Origin: Alphaproteobacteria bacterium
Lineage (GTDB): Bacteria; Pseudomonadota; Alphaproteobacteria; JABAAW01; JAHZMA01
NCBI GenBank assembly: GCA_965243045.1
Contig: CBDETR010000004.1
Span: 160,308 to 224,307, forward strand
Length of the DNA: 64,000 bases
Direction: 5' to 3'
Below are positions 22,111-31,302 of the stretch, one piece after another. Made by a program: the position numbers and the translations under genes. The notes under the pieces were generated by a model. That model was not told the DNA's origin, made no database searches, and saw only the letters and a list, made by a program, of their open reading frames with translations. Within the stretch, counting starts at the first letter, position 1, and each line of letters begins with the position of its first letter.

Positions 22111-22119
22111 AGTGCCATC

Positions 22120-22956
22120 ATGAAATTCACATCAGGACAAGAATTTAAGGCACAAAAACATTGTGTCATTAGCCTTATGGCAATGTCGGGCATGGGCAAA
22201 ACCTATATGGGGCAAATGCTAGGGGGTGATGGCTGGTTTCATTATTCGGCCGATTATCGAATAGGCACACGCTATCTTATAGAGAATATTTTAGATGAAT
22301 TAAAAACCCGCATGATGGATGATGTGGTATTGCAACAATTATTATGTAGTGATTCTATTTATCTTGCCCATAATTTGACTGTGGATAATTTAGAGTTGCT
22401 CTCAAACTTCATTGGCAAATTTGGCAATCAAAATAAAGGTGGTTTGCTGAAAGATGAATTTTTACGCAGACAAAAGCTTTATGCCGATGCAGAAATTTTA
22501 TCGCAAAGTGATATTGCGCCTTTTATCCATAAAGCGCGTCATATTTATGGCTATCATCATTTCCTGAATGATACCACTGGCTCGCTTTGTGAAATTGCTG
22601 ATATTGATAATATCAATTGCCCGATTATGACAAATATTTGCGAACATTCTGTGCTTATTTATGTTGAAGCTGATTCGGAAGATGAGGAAATAATTATCCA
22701 AAGACAATTACAAGCCCCCAAGCCAATGTATTATAACAACGCATTATTCAATAATGTTTACGCAGAATTGGGTGATGATATCGACCCTGATGATTTTTTG
22801 CGTCAAATTTTTCCACGTACCATACAGCTTAGAAAACATCGTTACCAAAAATTAGCCAAAAATTATGGTTACACAATTACCAGTAAAGATTTTTATAACG
22901 TTAAAAATAGTTATGATTTTATTGATTTAATTTCTGAAACAATTGATAATAGTTGA
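22120..22956 (+). CDS. hypothetical P-loop NTPase/kinase-like protein (Walker A SGMGKT near N-terminus)
   Basis: 278 aa. ISLMAMSGMGKTYMG fits GxxxxGK[ST]; hydrophobic-acidic stretch VLIYVEADSEDEE is a possible Walker B. I could not recognise a named family. Confidence 0.55.
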   Translation: MKFTSGQEFKAQKHCVISLMAMSGMGKTYMGQMLGGDGWFHYSADYRIGTRYLIENILDELKTRMMDDVVLQQLLCSDSIYLAHNLTVDNLELLSNFIGKFGNQNKGGLLKDEFLRRQKLYADAEILSQSDIAPFIHKARHIYGYHHFLNDTTGSLCEIADIDNINCPIMTNICEHSVLIYVEADSEDEEIIIQRQLQAPKPMYYNNALFNNVYAELGDDIDPDDFLRQIFPRTIQLRKHRYQKLAKNYGYTITSKDFYNVKNSYDFIDLISETIDNS

Positions 22957-22980
22957 AAATGACAATCGGAAAGAACAAGC

Positions 22981-23970
22981 ATGCCCATTAAAATTCCTGA
23001 TGATTTGCCGGCGCAGAAAATCCTTTCATTAGAAGGGGTGCCCTTGATTACCCAGCATGATGCGCTGATTCAAGATATTCGCCCGTTGAAAATTGCCATC
23101 TTAAACCTGATGCCTAATAAAATTCAAACCGAAACACAGATTGCGCGTTTGCTTGGGCATTCGCCATTGCAGATTGAACTTTATCTGATGAAAATTGGCG
23201 CACATCAATCAAAAAACACCTCGCATGACCATTTGTTACATTTCTATCAAAATTGGGAAGAACTCTCTGAACAATATTTTGATGGGCTGATTATTACTGG
23301 CGCGCCATTAGAACATATTCCCTTTGAAGAGGTTACTTATTGGCATGAGTTGCAAGAGATTTTTGATTGGAGCTTACAGCATGTCACAAAAGTTTTTACA
23401 ATTTGCTGGGGTGCGCAAGCCGCGCTTTATCATTTTTATGGCATCGAAAAATCTTTGTTAACAGAAAAAAACTTCGGCATTTTTCAACAACAAATCAACC
23501 CAGCCTATCGTCATCATCACCTTATTCATGGGATTAATGATTCTGCCGCTGTTCCTGTTTCACGCCATAGTGAAACACGCCAAGAAGATATTGATGCCAT
23601 CAGCCATCTGATAACATTACTAACATCTGATGAAACAGGCGCTTGTTTGGTAGAAGATAGCTGTACACAATATGTATATATGTTTAATCATTTGGAATAT
23701 GATTCCCACACATTGCGCGATGAATATCAGCGTGACAGTCAGGCAAATAAGAAAGTCAACTTGCCACAATCTTATTTTCCCAATGATAAACCAGAAGCAG
23801 AGCCTATCAATGTTTGGCGTTCTACGGCACATTTGTTATTCCGTAATTGGCTGGATGATATGTATCAAGCATCGCCTTTTGAGATAACAGAAATTAAAAC
23901 ACGTCATCTGCCCACAAAATTTAAACATCACCCCAAAACAAAAAAATATTGTAATCAAGGAGCCTTATAA
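22981..23970 (+). CDS. metA: homoserine O-acyltransferase (MetA family)
   Basis: MPIKIPDDLPA...LKIAILNLMPNKIQTETQIARLL...PLQIELYLMKI and the catalytic region FTICWGAQAALYHFYGI are typical of MetA. About 20 aa longer than usual at the C-terminus. Confidence 0.85.
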   Translation: MPIKIPDDLPAQKILSLEGVPLITQHDALIQDIRPLKIAILNLMPNKIQTETQIARLLGHSPLQIELYLMKIGAHQSKNTSHDHLLHFYQNWEELSEQYFDGLIITGAPLEHIPFEEVTYWHELQEIFDWSLQHVTKVFTICWGAQAALYHFYGIEKSLLTEKNFGIFQQQINPAYRHHHLIHGINDSAAVPVSRHSETRQEDIDAISHLITLLTSDETGACLVEDSCTQYVYMFNHLEYDSHTLRDEYQRDSQANKKVNLPQSYFPNDKPEAEPINVWRSTAHLLFRNWLDDMYQASPFEITEIKTRHLPTKFKHHPKTKKYCNQGAL

Positions 23971-26900
23971 TGAGCGCTATGAAAAATGCTTTCCTGAAAA
24001 AAATTCATGCAGCTTTGCCAAAAGTAAATGAAAAAGACCATCAGGATTTAATCAAGTTTACCGATGAGTTTTTTCTTTATATGACTCATAAGGATATACA
24101 TTTTATGGATTGCGACATAATGGCGAAACAGATTGTTCGTTATTGGGAAATTTGTTGCAAAAAGAATAACACAAAAACTGTGTTAGATATTTTTAACCAT
24201 ACCGAACCTTTGCCCCATGGTGGCGAAAAAATGCGTTACCGCACCTCTTTCTTTGTTGCGCTTCCTGATATGCAATTCACCGTAGGCACGATTTTAAACA
24301 ATCTGCGGACACAGAATTTGGATTTACATATTTTCTTTCATTCGGTGATACGCCCTGAAAATGTAAATATTTCTTACCCCACAGCCATCGCTTGCCTTTA
24401 TGTTGAAACCAGTCGCGTCAGTGATGAAACCCAGCTTGAGCTTGTTAAAGAGACATTATTGGATGATATAAAAAACCTTATTTTGGTCAATCAAGATTAT
24501 CCGGCAATGAAAAAAATGCTGAAAGGAATCGAACAAGATTACCGTAAAGTTGCCAAAAATAACTATGATACAGAAGTTGCAAATTTCATAGAATGGGCGA
24601 GAGATGGTAATTATATTATGTTTGGTTCACGCATACTTACCCATCAAGGCGAAAAAGATAAATTATCGTATCAAATTGAAGAAAAATCAACCTTAGGCTT
24701 GCTGAAAAATCCTGATGTAGAAATATCACATTATAGACGTGAAGGCGAGGTGATGTCTGAAGAATTTCAACATTTTGCCAATCATAAACGACATCTTAGA
24801 ATTAGCAAAAGCACTTATATTTCAACCGTTCATCGCAAATCAGCCTATGATTTAATTCGCATTAAACGCTATGATGATGCTCGTAATCTTATTGGTGAAT
24901 ATGAATTATGTGGGTTATTTTCTTCCAGTTATTTTGCAAAAGCTGTTACCGAAATTCCCTTACTTCGTATCAACACACAAACAGTTTTTGACAAGCTCAA
25001 TATTAATCATTCCCGTTACAGTACAGGGTTATTTTATCATGTGATTAATAATTATCCGCGCGAAGATATGTGGCATGATAATATTGAAAAATTAGCCGAA
25101 GATGTGATGGCTGTGATGGAAGCAGAAACATGTATGCATAGCAAGCTGATTACCCATGTTGACCCTTATGGTAATTTCATTACAACCAATCTTTATATTC
25201 CCACTCATATTTATTCGTCTCATCTTACCGTAAAATTAATTGCCGCATTAGAGGAAGCCTTTAATGCAACTTTACGCGAACATCGTTTTTATACAGGCGA
25301 TGGTTCGCTTTCACGAGTCAATATTATTTTTAATACAACTCCTGGCAATGTGCCTAAATTTTCTCAAGAAGCCTTAGAAAAACGCATTGTTGCCATCAGC
25401 ATGCCATGGCATGAAGATTTGAATGAAGTGCTGATTAAGACATATTCTGATAATGAAGCACAAAATCTTTACATGTGTTATATGCATGCTTTCCCTATTA
25501 ATTATTGTGATACCAATGCGATGACACGCACCCTTGCCGATATAATGCTGATTGAAAAAGCAATGGTAGATGATGATACGGTGAGTATGGAGATTTATGC
25601 GGATGAAAAAGATGAAGAGCAACCATGGCATTTGCGAATGGTTCAATTGGGGCATATTTCTTTATCAGATATTTTACCTAAATTAGAATCAACAGGCGCA
25701 AAAGTAGGCGAAGCCAATCATTACAATATTGCTCCTCTTGGTTCACCTGAAGCAACCCTTTACGATTTCAAATTGCATTTCAATAATGTTGATGTGCAAA
25801 TCTTAAAAACAGAATTTACAAGAACATTTCGTGAAATTTGGAAAAACCGATTTGCCGTAGATGATTCAAATGCACTCACCTTACTCACGGGTGCAAATTA
25901 CCGAGAAATTTTATTATTCCGCGCAATCAGTGCTTATTTCCGTCAAGGAAAACTAGCCTTTAGCGAACATAGAATCAGAGAATGTTTATTTGATTATCCT
26001 GAAATTACCAAATTATTGATTGAGTATTTTCATGCCCGTTTCAATCCTGAAAATCAATCAAAACGCCATGAAACAAATATTAAAACCAAAATATTACATG
26101 CGTTAGATGGCGTGAAAACATTAGAAGAAGATAGAATTTTACATACATTGCTTGATTTCATGCAAGCTGTGCAACGCACCAATTTTTATCAAGCCATTCG
26201 TGATGAAAATGACCCTATCATCAATTTCAAAATTGCCAGTTCTGAATTAGAATTTTTACCTGAACCACGTCCGTTCCGTGAAATTTTTGTTTATTCCGAA
26301 CGGTTTGAAGCTGTGCATTTGCGTTTCGGTTATGTCGCACGTGGTGGTTTGCGTTGGTCGGATCGTCAAGATGATTTCCGCACCGAAATTTTGGGGCTTG
26401 TCAAAGCGCAACAAGTGAAAAATGCTGTGATTATCCCTGTGGGCTCCAAAGGCGGATTTGTCATGAAAACCCAACAGCCCGATAAAGAAAGTTTCATGAA
26501 AGAAGGCGTGCATTGCTATCAGCGCTTCATTCAATCCATGCTAGATATTACCGATAATCTAGATAATAATAATGTCACGCATCCTGATAATGTGGTGTGC
26601 CATGATGGTGATGACCCTTATTTAGTGGTTGCTGCCGATAAAGGCACGGCAACATTTTCTGATATTGCCAATGAAATTGCTGTCAATCACGGCTTCTGGC
26701 TAGGCGATGCTTTCGCCTCAGGGGGGTCTGTGGGTTATGACCATAAAAAAATGGGCATTACCGCACGTGGTGCATGGGAATGTGTAAAACGGCATTTCCG
26801 TGAATTAAATATTAATATCCAAGAAACGCCTTTCACTGTGATTGGTGTTGGTGATATGTCGGGCGATGTATTTGGTAATGGCATGTTGCTTTCTAAGAAA

Positions 26901-28739
26901 ATCTTATTACGTGGTGCATTCAACCATATGCATATATTTATTGACCCTAACCCCGACCCCAAATCAACTTGGGAGGAACGCAAACGGTTGTTTGATATGC
27001 CTCGTTCTTCTTGGAGTGACTATGATACAAAACTTATGTCTAAAGGCGGAAAAATTTATGAACGCTCTGCCAAAGAACTGACCCTAACCCCTGAAATTCA
27101 AAAACTATTAGGGCTGGATGTGAAAACCATTACCCCTGATGAGCTTATTCATGCCTTATTGATAAGCGAAACACAGCTTTTATGGTTTGGTGGTATTGGC
27201 ACGTATCTTAAAGCAACCAGTGAAAGCGACCTTGATGTTGGCGATAAAGCCAATAATGCGATTAGAATTAATGCCAATGAAACGAAGGCAAAAGTGATTG
27301 GTGAGGGTGCAAATTTAGGGCTTACACATAAAGCACGGATTGAATATGCCATCAATGGTGGCAGATGTAATACCGATGCGGTTGATAATTCCGCTGGTGT
27401 TGATTGTTCTGACCATGAGGTGAATCTGAAAATTCTTCTTGCCCAAGCAATTAGTTCTAACAAATTAAAACAAGAAGACCGCGATGCACTTCTTGAAACC
27501 ATGACCGATGATATTGCGAAATTGGTGCTAGAAAATAACTATCAGCAGAGCCAAACCTTGAGCATGATTTTAGCGCAAGGCGTGGATTTTGTGGACCAAC
27601 AACAACAATTAATTCGTGATTTTGTAGATATGGGTAAATTAAATCGAGAATTAGAATTTCTACCGCTCGATTCTGAAATTGAACGCAGACACGAAAATCA
27701 TATCGGTTTGAACCGTCCTGAATTATGCGTGTTGCTTGCTTATGCCAAAAATATCGCTTATCAGGAATTGCTAGAAACCAATATTCCTGACGACCCTTTC
27801 TACGCTGATATTGTCTATAATTATTTTCCGAAAAAAATGACTGATATGTTTGGCAAACTCATTGAAAAACATCAGTTGAAGCGTGAAATTGTTGCAACGA
27901 TGCTGATTAATCAGATGATTAATTGCACAAGTGCTTCTTTCATCAATACGATGAAAAATCGTACCAATGCTGAAATTTCTGAAATCACCAATGCGTTTAC
28001 GATTGTTTATCAAATTTTTGATTTGCATGATTTCCGCAATCAAATTGAAGCGTTGGATAATAAAATCAGTACTGATTTACAGCTAGCTATGTTGTTTGAA
28101 ACCTATCGAACAGCCAACCGTATTGTAGAATGGTTTATATTCAATGAAAAACCACCTTTTAATTTGAAAAAATTAACACAAAAATATGGCAAGCCATTGC
28201 AAGAGTTGAAAAAACAGATGGCAAATATTTTGCCTAAACCATTGCTTGATTCTCATAAAAACCGTGTTGCCCGCTACACATCGCAAGGTGTGTCGCAAGA
28301 ATTGGCAAATAATATCGGTAGCTTAAAATTATTTTCTAATATTTGTGAAATCACGCAACTTGCTGAAAAATTAAATCATAAAACGCTGTTGATTGCAGAA
28401 TATTATTTCACCCTATCAGAACGTTTCTCGATTGATTGGTTGCGGACGCAAATTAATATCCTTATTAAGAATGCTAATAAATGGGATAAGAAAGCATTGC
28501 AAACGGTTGCCGATGATTTATGGCATTTGCAATCGCAATTAACCCGCTTTGTAGTGCTTCGTTATGAACAAGGCGATGCAAAGATGGATGATACGATGGA
28601 TAAATTTATCAATGACCATGCAAAATCTTTGCAATCTATCGATAATTTATTATTAAATTGCCGTAATCAAAATTTGACCTTAGCCTTATTAACTGTAACC
28701 ACACGTGAAATGAATAAATTGCTGTTAATGCATCAATAA
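23970..28739 (+). CDS. gdhB: NAD-specific glutamate dehydrogenase, large (~180 kDa) GdhB type
   Basis: 1589 aa. The central catalytic region (RGGLRWSD..., VIPVGSKGGFV, GDMSGDVFGNGML, NSAGVDCSDHEVNLKIL) matches the Bac_GDH family. Start overlaps the metA stop. Confidence 0.9.
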   Translation: MSAMKNAFLKKIHAALPKVNEKDHQDLIKFTDEFFLYMTHKDIHFMDCDIMAKQIVRYWEICCKKNNTKTVLDIFNHTEPLPHGGEKMRYRTSFFVALPDMQFTVGTILNNLRTQNLDLHIFFHSVIRPENVNISYPTAIACLYVETSRVSDETQLELVKETLLDDIKNLILVNQDYPAMKKMLKGIEQDYRKVAKNNYDTEVANFIEWARDGNYIMFGSRILTHQGEKDKLSYQIEEKSTLGLLKNPDVEISHYRREGEVMSEEFQHFANHKRHLRISKSTYISTVHRKSAYDLIRIKRYDDARNLIGEYELCGLFSSSYFAKAVTEIPLLRINTQTVFDKLNINHSRYSTGLFYHVINNYPREDMWHDNIEKLAEDVMAVMEAETCMHSKLITHVDPYGNFITTNLYIPTHIYSSHLTVKLIAALEEAFNATLREHRFYTGDGSLSRVNIIFNTTPGNVPKFSQEALEKRIVAISMPWHEDLNEVLIKTYSDNEAQNLYMCYMHAFPINYCDTNAMTRTLADIMLIEKAMVDDDTVSMEIYADEKDEEQPWHLRMVQLGHISLSDILPKLESTGAKVGEANHYNIAPLGSPEATLYDFKLHFNNVDVQILKTEFTRTFREIWKNRFAVDDSNALTLLTGANYREILLFRAISAYFRQGKLAFSEHRIRECLFDYPEITKLLIEYFHARFNPENQSKRHETNIKTKILHALDGVKTLEEDRILHTLLDFMQAVQRTNFYQAIRDENDPIINFKIASSELEFLPEPRPFREIFVYSERFEAVHLRFGYVARGGLRWSDRQDDFRTEILGLVKAQQVKNAVIIPVGSKGGFVMKTQQPDKESFMKEGVHCYQRFIQSMLDITDNLDNNNVTHPDNVVCHDGDDPYLVVAADKGTATFSDIANEIAVNHGFWLGDAFASGGSVGYDHKKMGITARGAWECVKRHFRELNINIQETPFTVIGVGDMSGDVFGNGMLLSKKILLRGAFNHMHIFIDPNPDPKSTWEERKRLFDMPRSSWSDYDTKLMSKGGKIYERSAKELTLTPEIQKLLGLDVKTITPDELIHALLISETQLLWFGGIGTYLKATSESDLDVGDKANNAIRINANETKAKVIGEGANLGLTHKARIEYAINGGRCNTDAVDNSAGVDCSDHEVNLKILLAQAISSNKLKQEDRDALLETMTDDIAKLVLENNYQQSQTLSMILAQGVDFVDQQQQLIRDFVDMGKLNRELEFLPLDSEIERRHENHIGLNRPELCVLLAYAKNIAYQELLETNIPDDPFYADIVYNYFPKKMTDMFGKLIEKHQLKREIVATMLINQMINCTSASFINTMKNRTNAEISEITNAFTIVYQIFDLHDFRNQIEALDNKISTDLQLAMLFETYRTANRIVEWFIFNEKPPFNLKKLTQKYGKPLQELKKQMANILPKPLLDSHKNRVARYTSQGVSQELANNIGSLKLFSNICEITQLAEKLNHKTLLIAEYYFTLSERFSIDWLRTQINILIKNANKWDKKALQTVADDLWHLQSQLTRFVVLRYEQGDAKMDDTMDKFINDHAKSLQSIDNLLLNCRNQNLTLALLTVTTREMNKLLLMHQ

Positions 28740-28741
28740 TT

Positions 28742-29503
28742 ATGATTATCTTATTATCGCCTGCAAAAAAACTATATGAAGATATAAAGCAGGTAGGAAA
28801 CGCGCCTTATTTTCAGCAAGAAAATCAAAGTTTGTTGAAAATAATGCATCAAAAATCTGCAAAAGATTTGCAAAAATTAATGGGTATTTCTGAGAAATTA
28901 GCAAATCTCAATCATGGGCGTTATCAACATATGGCAACGGGCAATGCCACAAAAAGCCCTGCTTTGCTTAGCTTTGCTGGCGATGTTTACCAAAAGCTTT
29001 CCGCCAATGATTTTAATGATGATGAGTTTGCTTATGCCAATCAGCATCTTGCTATTCTTTCAGGCTTATATGGATTATTGCGCCCAGATGATGCGATTGC
29101 ACCCTATCGGTTAGAAATGGGTACAAAATTGCCCGTTGGCAAATGTAAAAATCTCCATGAATTTTGGCGTGCAAAAATCAGTGATTATCTTAATGAATTG
29201 CTTCAAACACACGAGAATAAAATCATTCTCAATTTAGCATCACAAGAATATAGCAAAGCGGTTGATGAGAAAAAATTATCTGAATTCATCACAATTTCTT
29301 TCCGACAAAAACGTGGCAATCAATTAAAAAATATTTTTCTTTTTACCAAGCAAGCCCGTGGCACGATGGCGCGCCATATCATCAAACAACGTGTTGATAC
29401 AATCGCAGATGTCAAAAAACTTCGCTTTGAGCGTTATTGTTTTGATGATACGCTTTCTGAAAAAAATAATTTAATGTTTGTACAAGAAGAAGCATCAGCT
29501 TAG
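28742..29503 (+). CDS. yaaA: peroxide stress protein YaaA (UPF0246/DUF328)
   Basis: MIILLSPAKKL... with LSGLYGLLRPDDAIAPYRLEMGTKL motif; 253 aa. Confidence 0.8.
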   Translation: MIILLSPAKKLYEDIKQVGNAPYFQQENQSLLKIMHQKSAKDLQKLMGISEKLANLNHGRYQHMATGNATKSPALLSFAGDVYQKLSANDFNDDEFAYANQHLAILSGLYGLLRPDDAIAPYRLEMGTKLPVGKCKNLHEFWRAKISDYLNELLQTHENKIILNLASQEYSKAVDEKKLSEFITISFRQKRGNQLKNIFLFTKQARGTMARHIIKQRVDTIADVKKLRFERYCFDDTLSEKNNLMFVQEEASA

Positions 29504-30129
29504 ATTTTTTTATAAAAATCGCATAAATCATTCACTGGGCATTCATGGCATAAGGGGGTGCGTGCTTTGCAAATATAACGCCCATGTAAAATTAACCAAT
29601 GATGGGCATGATTCATCCATTTTTCAGGAATATTTTTCAACAAAGCCTGTTCAACTGCCAATACATTTTTACCCGGCGCCAAACCCGTTCGATTCGATAG
29701 CCTAAAAATATGCGTATCCACTGCCATAGTTTTTTCTCCGAATGCCACATTTAAAACCACATTCGCCGTTTTCCTGCCAACACCGGGAAGCTGTTCTAAC
29801 GCCTCTCTTGTTTTTGGCACGTCTCCCTGATGTTCATTCAATAATTGCTCGCTCATCTTTATGACATTCTTTGCCTTATTTTGATAAAGCCCGATGGTTT
29901 TAATATGGGTGATTAAGGTATCAAGCCCTAATGCAACCATTTCTTTGGGATGCGCAATTTGTGCAAATAATTTTTCAGTGGCTTTATTCACACCCTTATC
30001 GGTTGCCTGTGCGGATAAAATCACCGCAACCAGCAATGTATAATCATTATGATAATGAAGTTCCGTTTTTGGTTCAGGGTTTTTCGCATGTAACCTGCGA
30101 AAAAATTCATCACGCTGTTCCTTATTCAT
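29500..30129 (-). CDS. nth: endonuclease III
   Basis: 209 aa with HhH-GPD (LPGVGRKTANVVLNVAFG) and C-terminal [4Fe-4S] cysteine cluster (CKARTPLCHECPVNDLC). Confidence 0.9.
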   Translation of the reverse strand: MNKEQRDEFFRRLHAKNPEPKTELHYHNDYTLLVAVILSAQATDKGVNKATEKLFAQIAHPKEMVALGLDTLITHIKTIGLYQNKAKNVIKMSEQLLNEHQGDVPKTREALEQLPGVGRKTANVVLNVAFGEKTMAVDTHIFRLSNRTGLAPGKNVLAVEQALLKNIPEKWMNHAHHWLILHGRYICKARTPLCHECPVNDLCDFYKKI

Positions 30130-30137
30130 CGCATCAA

Positions 30138-30980
30138 TTAAAACGATGGCGTTAAATTTTGTACGCGCCTTTTAATAAAATTTTTCATCAGCTTGCGCGT
30201 GATAAAAATCGGATTATTTTGTGCTTGATGATGAGAATTTTCCTGCATCCTTAAATGAGGCATCGATGGTTTCAGCTTCAAACCATCACTATGGGCGGAT
30301 AATGTTTTCAATAGTACCACCATCGTATCACCCATATTTTTAACTATCTTTTGCCCCGATGAAATATTTTTACCCACAAACACAATCATGTTCAGTTGCG
30401 CGTCAATAAATCTCTCACTTGCTTTTTTATCGACTTCTTCATCCTGAAAATAAAAACAAAGGCTTGCTATCAATGCTTTGCTTAACAAAATTCGCTTCGT
30501 GTAGTAATTATGGTCGGTGCTGTTATCACCTGCAAAATGCCAAATCACATCACACACTTGCCAGATATGTTTCATCAGCAATTTTATTTTTGATGGCAAT
30601 AACAAATGTGCCGTTGCATATTGTAAAGCGGTTTGCCCTTGATGGGCATCGGTGCCTTTTAGAAATAGTTTCACACCATATGAAACTTTTTCCGTAACCC
30701 CTTTCATATCTTTTGTTTCAACCGATAAAGCTTCTTGTAAATGCTCTATACGCATCTGCCAATAATAATGGGCAATCGTACCACTATCGGCATCTTCAAA
30801 TAAGAGAGACGCGTAATCTCTTTCTATCGCTAAATTATCAGCTGCCATTAATAAGGCATCACGCCCCATTCCATCAAAAGCAGCCTGTTGTGCCATCTCT
30901 TGCAACAATTTTTGCCTTATCGCCTTTAATTTTAATTGCTCCGCCATGTTTAATTCCTTAAATTTAACATTTTTCGTCAT
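30138..30980 (-). CDS. COQ9-like / rpsU-divergently-transcribed family protein (ubiquinone biosynthesis accessory), tentative
   Basis: 280 aa helical protein. The N-terminal part (AIRQKLLQEMAQQAAFDGMGRDALLMAADNLAI...HYYWQMRIEHLQE...HIWQVCDVIWHFAGDNSTDHNYYTKRILL) resembles the alphaproteobacterial COQ9 family; recognition is from memory only. Confidence 0.45.
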   Translation of the reverse strand: MTKNVKFKELNMAEQLKLKAIRQKLLQEMAQQAAFDGMGRDALLMAADNLAIERDYASLLFEDADSGTIAHYYWQMRIEHLQEALSVETKDMKGVTEKVSYGVKLFLKGTDAHQGQTALQYATAHLLLPSKIKLLMKHIWQVCDVIWHFAGDNSTDHNYYTKRILLSKALIASLCFYFQDEEVDKKASERFIDAQLNMIVFVGKNISSGQKIVKNMGDTMVVLLKTLSAHSDGLKLKPSMPHLRMQENSHHQAQNNPIFITRKLMKNFIKRRVQNLTPSF

Positions 30981-31226
30981 TTTTCGAATATCTAGCCCTA
31001 TTCTATCATATTTTTGTATTTTTGGACTGAAAATTACAATTCATTCGTTGCAATTTGGGGATAAAATGCAGGAATTTGCATCTTTTTTTGATTATTTAAT
31101 AAAAAATCTTGATTTTTAATAATTTTATATTGCATTTGATTCGTAGCGTTTGTATAACTAATTAATCAAAGTTTCCAATATGATGATGAAACATCATATT
31201 TGTAAGGTTTTTTCCTCCCCAGACTT

Positions 31227-31260
31227 GGGTCGTGAGTTATTACGACCCTTTTTTTTATTC
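31227..31260 (+). terminator. intrinsic-terminator-like hairpin GGGTCGT-gagttatt-ACGACCC followed by TTTTTTTTATT, with no upstream plus-strand gene
   Basis: 7-bp GC-rich stem, 8-nt loop and T-run read from the sequence. It lies inside the track ORF's putative N-terminal extension, so it is more likely leader or small RNA. Confidence 0.45.
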
Positions 31261-31261
31261 T

Positions 31262-31302
31262 CTATATATTTTCCCCCTATATATTTTCCCCTATATATTT
31301 TC
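31262..31302. repeat. tandem repeat tatatattttcccc(c) x~2.7 immediately upstream of the ATG at 31303; C-tract length differs between units (5 vs 4)
   Basis: ctatatattttccccc tatatattttcccc tatatattttc ATG, read directly. Confidence 0.8.

Noticed and set aside
29478-29705. 75-aa plus-strand ORF overlapping nth
   Set aside because: It lies antisense within the conserved endonuclease III gene and is spurious.
31180-31302. Upstream start (MMMKHHICKVFSS...) for the FemAB-like gene as given by the ORF track
   Set aside because: This stretch contains a GC-rich hairpin plus T-run and a tandem DNA repeat, and would encode a non-signal, low-complexity N-terminus (FSIYFPPIYFPLYIF). The start at 31303 is preferred, though neither candidate has a strong SD.
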